DNA of 63,319 bases, counting the filler, from Guillardia theta CCMP2712 (Eukaryota > Protista > Cryptophyta), in the NCBI RefSeq assembly GCF_000315625.1. It is 5 parts of 5 records of this genome, joined end to end, with 100 filler letters (N's around TTAATTAATTAA, not from the genome) between each part and the next. Parts side by side here need not be neighbours in the genome. Positions count along the whole stretch, not along the records: positions 58,870 to 61,418 come from NW_005434078.1; positions 61,519 to 63,319 come from NW_005434408.1; 3 more parts are not named here. One strand, written 5' to 3'. This document shows, piece by piece, positions 59,238-63,319 of this stretch. The number at the start of each line of letters is the position of its first letter. Position 1 is the first letter of the stretch. A program made the position numbers and the translations under genes. Below the pieces are notes generated by a model. The model saw only the letters and a program-made list of their open reading frames with translations, had not been told where the DNA came from and ran no database searches.

Positions 59238-61356
59238 ATCTTTCCCAACCCAGCTTCCCACCGGCTCCAGATGAGCGGGGATGAGGGGCGGAACTGACCC
59301 GGCGGCCCGGCGGCGATGACCGCCACGGTGACTCACTTACTAGTAACTTCTCCCAGTCCTCTTTTCGCTTCTCTGAGGCTCAGAGCCACACGTCACGACA
59401 AGCAACGATGCTACCGCGCAGGTGTGACCGTTCGACGCTTGATCTTCCGAAGACGTTCCGGGCCGGGTGCCACCGTGACGGACTCGGATCGGATCGGACT
59501 CAGTCGGGATCATCGGACAGTGATGGCAGGAGATCATCGGATGCATGATGATGAGACCGGCGGCGGCGGGGAGCAAGTTCAGAGTCTACACATTGTGACA
59601 GTGGTCGATACGAGCATTTGTAGAAATTCATTCAATGATTGCAGCTTCAGTCAATGGAAGTCGCTCTTCGTCTCCGGTTGGTACTCGGACGAGTGGCATA
59701 TGACCTGAGTTAATACATTTGTTTCATTCCACCGTTGAAAACTGCACGGTTCTGACGTCAGTGACGATTGAAGAAAGGTTAAAGTAGGTAGTTGAGGTGT
59801 GAGAATGAGTGATCAATCATTCAATAGTTACATCACAGCTCATGACCATGATCGTATTGAACAACCTTGTAGCTCATACTCCCAGTGACGTCTGTCAAAG
59901 ACGAGGAGGAATCTCCCGAGAGCTTGCTGGCGCTCGAGGCTTCACTGCATGTTTGCATCCTTGTTTCCCCGACCCCGTGTGCTGCTTTTCTTTTCTGAAA
60001 TGCTGCAGAAACATTTGCAAGGAGTTTTTGCCCGTCCTCAAAGACTTGGATCCTCTGAGAGGAACGAACGCCCCCACATGCAACGGTGGCCGGATGATGA
60101 TGGGAGAGAGTCGCACTGGCTTGCAAGTAAGCCAGTTGTCGAGGGTTCAACGTGAGCCTTGGGGTAGGTGGATGCATATTGCTGCTAAGTCGACGAAGAA
60201 GAACGCTGAGATGTTTCGAAATCTTGTAGCGAAGAATTCGATGTGGAAGAAATAAGTAGATCCAGGAGGATGATCGAAGAAAGGAGGAAGGGGAAACGAG
60301 GTGCAAGGAGAGAGGAGACAGGACGTAAAAGGAGAGAGGAGGTAGAAGGAGACAGCAGGTACGAGGAGAGAGGAGGTACGAGGAGATAGGAGATACGAGG
60401 AGAGAGGAGATACGAGGAGAGAGGAGGTAGAAGGAGACAGCAGGTACGAGGAGATAGAAGTTTAGGAGGAGAGAGGAGATAGAAGGAGGTAGGAGGTGCA
60501 AGGAGAGACGAGGCGCAAGAAGAGCAGGTTGTGTTATTTTCGCTCGGACGCATTTCTGCCTTTTTACTACTGCCGTGAGGATTCAGAGGTACCGGGATCA
60601 AGGGGGTCGCATCGAGTTGAGATCGCCCGGAGATCTCAAAGCTTCTGCATCCGTGACCATGCCATGACCAGCCACGTGACAGTCAGACGGCCGCCGCTCA
60701 GACTTCTTCGGACTCACCGTCGACTCGCAACTTTCGAACCGTGACGGTCGGCCCGAACCGTCGGCCGACAGTGGGCCCGGTGACGCGCCGGGGCCGCTGC
60801 GGCCGGGGCCCGGGAAGCCGTTCCGTTGAACGGTTCAAGTGCGACAAATCAGAGTCACCCGGGCCCGTGCCACCCCCGGCGGAGGCTAGTGACTTGTACT
60901 GTACGGTAACTAGAGGGTCGCAGTGGCTTGGTTTACACTGACAGGGGGCCCTGAGAGTTTTAAGGAGTCGGCGCCGACGGCTGGCATGCGATCCCGTCAT
61001 CATGGTACTCAGTGCATCTCATCCGATCTCTCAGCAGCTGCCCTGCACAGCGCCGGGCAGCACGCCGGACCGTACGGTGCCGGGCTGCGAGACCGTACGG
61101 TACGGTACTGGCACGGTACGGTCCGATCACCGGGCCGGGCGGATCGGACCGTACGGGCCGGTGACTTGAGTGTGTTTAACGGATAATAACGGTTTCGTCA
61201 CCCGCAGGTACGTATGGGAATTGGACGCATGTGATACAAGAGGTGGGCTGTGCTACAAGGGTGGGGTACTTGAAGTGGAAAGTAGGGGTTAGAACGAGTA
61301 GGGGTGGTCACTGGTGGTTGGCATGACATGCCGGGGGCCGAAGGCAAAGCTGCGAC

Positions 61357-61418
<62 letters not shown>
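61357..61418. repeat. (CAGGAG)n microsatellite at contig end
   Basis: Directly visible. Confidence 0.9.
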
Positions 61419-61518
61419 NNNNNNNNNNNNNNNNNNNNNNNNNNNNNNNNNNNNNNNNNNNNTTAATTAATTAANNNNNNNNNNNNNNNNNNNNNNNNNN
61501 NNNNNNNNNNNNNNNNNN
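61419..61518. other. artificial assembly gap/linker
   Basis: N-run with TTAATTAATTAA. Confidence 0.97.
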
Positions 61519-61520
61519 TC

Positions 61521-62951
61521 CTACCTCCTCCTCCTCCTCCTCCTCCTCCTCCTCCTCCTCCTCCTCCTGGGGCTCGTCCTCCTGTTGGAGGTTGGGCGGC
61601 TGTTGACAGCTGGCTCCTTGGAGGAGGAGACGTCGACGGCAGGAGCAGGAGTGTTGGCAGCGGTAACATCGGCCGGCTCCTCGTCCCCCTTGCCCTTCCT
61701 CTTTCTCGTACCCACCTGCACCTCGGACGTGAGCTCCTGCACCTTAACCTCCAGCAGCCGCTTCTCCCTCCTCAGCGCGTTCAGCTCATCGATCAGCACA
61801 GCGTTCTCCGTCGCCTTCTTCTGATTGTTTATCTTCACCGCCTCCTCGTTCTTGGCCGCCCTCCGCTTCAGCGTCTCCAGCGACCTCTCCATGTGCTCTC
61901 GCTGTCGTGCAAACTCGTCCATGCTGTCAGGCACGTCCCTCGCTCCCTGCTCCTTGGCGCCTTTCTTCACGTAGGAGCGATACAGCTGCCGGATCGCGTC
62001 CCGCCAGTAGGAGGGGTCGATTTCCGTGACGAGTTTTCCAGGTCGGACAGGAACAGGTTGATCACTCTCTCCTTCTCCTGCACCATCGCGCGCTGCCTCT
62101 TAATCTCGATGTTGAGGTTGTCGATCTTGTGGGCCTTGTCGTTGAGAGCTTGTCCGAGAGCATGGTTCGTCCTCACATCCCTCTGCAGCTCCTCGTCCAT
62201 CTCCTTGATCTGCTCCTTCATGTGAATGATCTGCGTCTCCTTGGGCTCGATCTCCTTCTTCAGCTCCTTGTACTTGTAGTCGAGCACAAACTTAATCTTC
62301 TCCAGCTCCTTGGCCTTCATTCTCAGCTCGCTGATTCTCTTCTCCTTGTTGTCAATCGTCTGCTCCCTGTCTCTGATGTCGTTCTTGAGCATCTGAATCT
62401 GCCGCTCCTGCTCCTCCCCCTTCTCGTTCGCCTGCCTGAGCTCGTCCTCCTTGTGCTTCAGCTGCGTCTTCAGCGTCTCCATCTCCCCCTTGTGCGTGTC
62501 GAACTTCCTCCTCATGATCGCCGACTGGCTCTTGAGGTTTAAAACCGCCTCCTGCTCCTCCTCAAGCGCCTTCCTGTGGTTCTGCTGCACCTTCAGCACC
62601 TCATCCTCGTGATCTTCGTCCTGCTGCCGTACAAACTCCTCGTACGATGCCTTGGTGTTGGCCAGCTCCTCCTTGAGACGGTTGTACGCGTCCTGCTGCT
62701 CCTTCGTCTTGCTCTCGTACTCCGCCTTGAGCTTCATGATGACCGAGTTGTACTTGCTCTTGGTGATCTCCAGCTGCTCCTCGTACGAGCACTCCATGTC
62801 TTCCTTCTCGTGCAGCAGCGCGCGGTACCTCTGACCCTCCATGGCCAGCTTCTTCTCGTACAGAGACTCTAGCTCCTCCGCTGCCTTCATGTGCGCCCGC
62901 TCCATGTTCTGAATCGCCTCCACTGCCTCCAGCTCTTGCTGCTCCTTGCGC
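61521..62951 (-). CDS. CFAP57: cilia/flagella-associated protein 57 (WDR65) coiled-coil region, partial, with a 1-nt frameshift at ~62034
   Basis: KELEKIKFVLDYKYKELKKEIEP and EFARQREHMERS..ENAVLIDELNALRRE match the CFAP57 C-terminal motifs. Confidence 0.8.
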
Positions 62952-63319
62952 CTGGGGGAGGAGAGGTCATGTACGGAGAGGAGGGGAGAGGAGAGGAGAG
63001 GAGAGGAGAGGAGATGAGAGGAGAGGAGAGGAGAGGAGAGGAGAGGAGAGTAGGGAAAACGAGAGCAGAGCGGAAGAGGGAAAAGAGGACCTCTGAACCA
63101 TGTTGATCAAGAAGGGAGCTGAAGACTAGTGACGCTCAAGAATCAAGTTCACAGTCGTTCCTCTTCAGGACGCTGAAACATTCAATCCTCGTTTAAAACT
63201 ATCAAAAAATAATCAGCGACGAAAGAAACTTGTTTTGCTCGTTTGCTGGTTAGTATGCTGATGAAAAAATGTTTTGTATCCCCCTCAAACTTTCATTCTC
63301 CTCCTTCTTTGCCTCATCG

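Noticed and set aside
58870-63319. Genes to the right of the telomeric array as evidence that it is chromosome-internal
   Set aside because: They are separated by an artificial gap, so adjacency is not established.

Overview
Intron-rich eukaryotic nuclear DNA. It is most likely from a cryptophyte alga; this is inferred from the short ~50-nt introns, TTTAGGG telomere repeats, a signal-peptide+Phe bipartite plastid leader and a signal+LRGG leader. The window consists of five pieces separated by artificial 100-bp gaps (44N-TTAATTAATTAA-44N), so adjacency across gaps is not guaranteed. Recognisable genes: RPB2, RsfS/Iojap, LRRC61-like, PuuE-type allantoinase (partial), plastid NhaD, a Tudor+bromodomain protein, an EF-hand PPP phosphatase, Golgi SNARE GOS1, a DnaJ protein, a tyrosine-kinase-type kinase with RING, and CFAP57. 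Also present are a Crinkler-like NTPase-REase gene, a deleted Crypton-like element and an un-called 63-aa three-exon gene. The highlight is 50.0-58.8 kb: a head-to-tail array of non-LTR retroelement copies, each separated by short (TTTAGGG)n tracts and running into the contig end. It has three components. Element A carries a ~700-aa ORF1-like frame, no RT, and a (TAA)n tail. Element B is a ~265-bp derivative hiding an RT motif-A fragment. Element C has a CCHC + restriction-like endonuclease and a (TAC)n tail. A and C share a 3'-terminal signature and join the telomere repeat in the same phase. This looks like a telomere-repeat-specific retrotransposon system with non-autonomous partners. Family assignments come from motif recognition only; no database search was run, and most exon boundaries are approximate.
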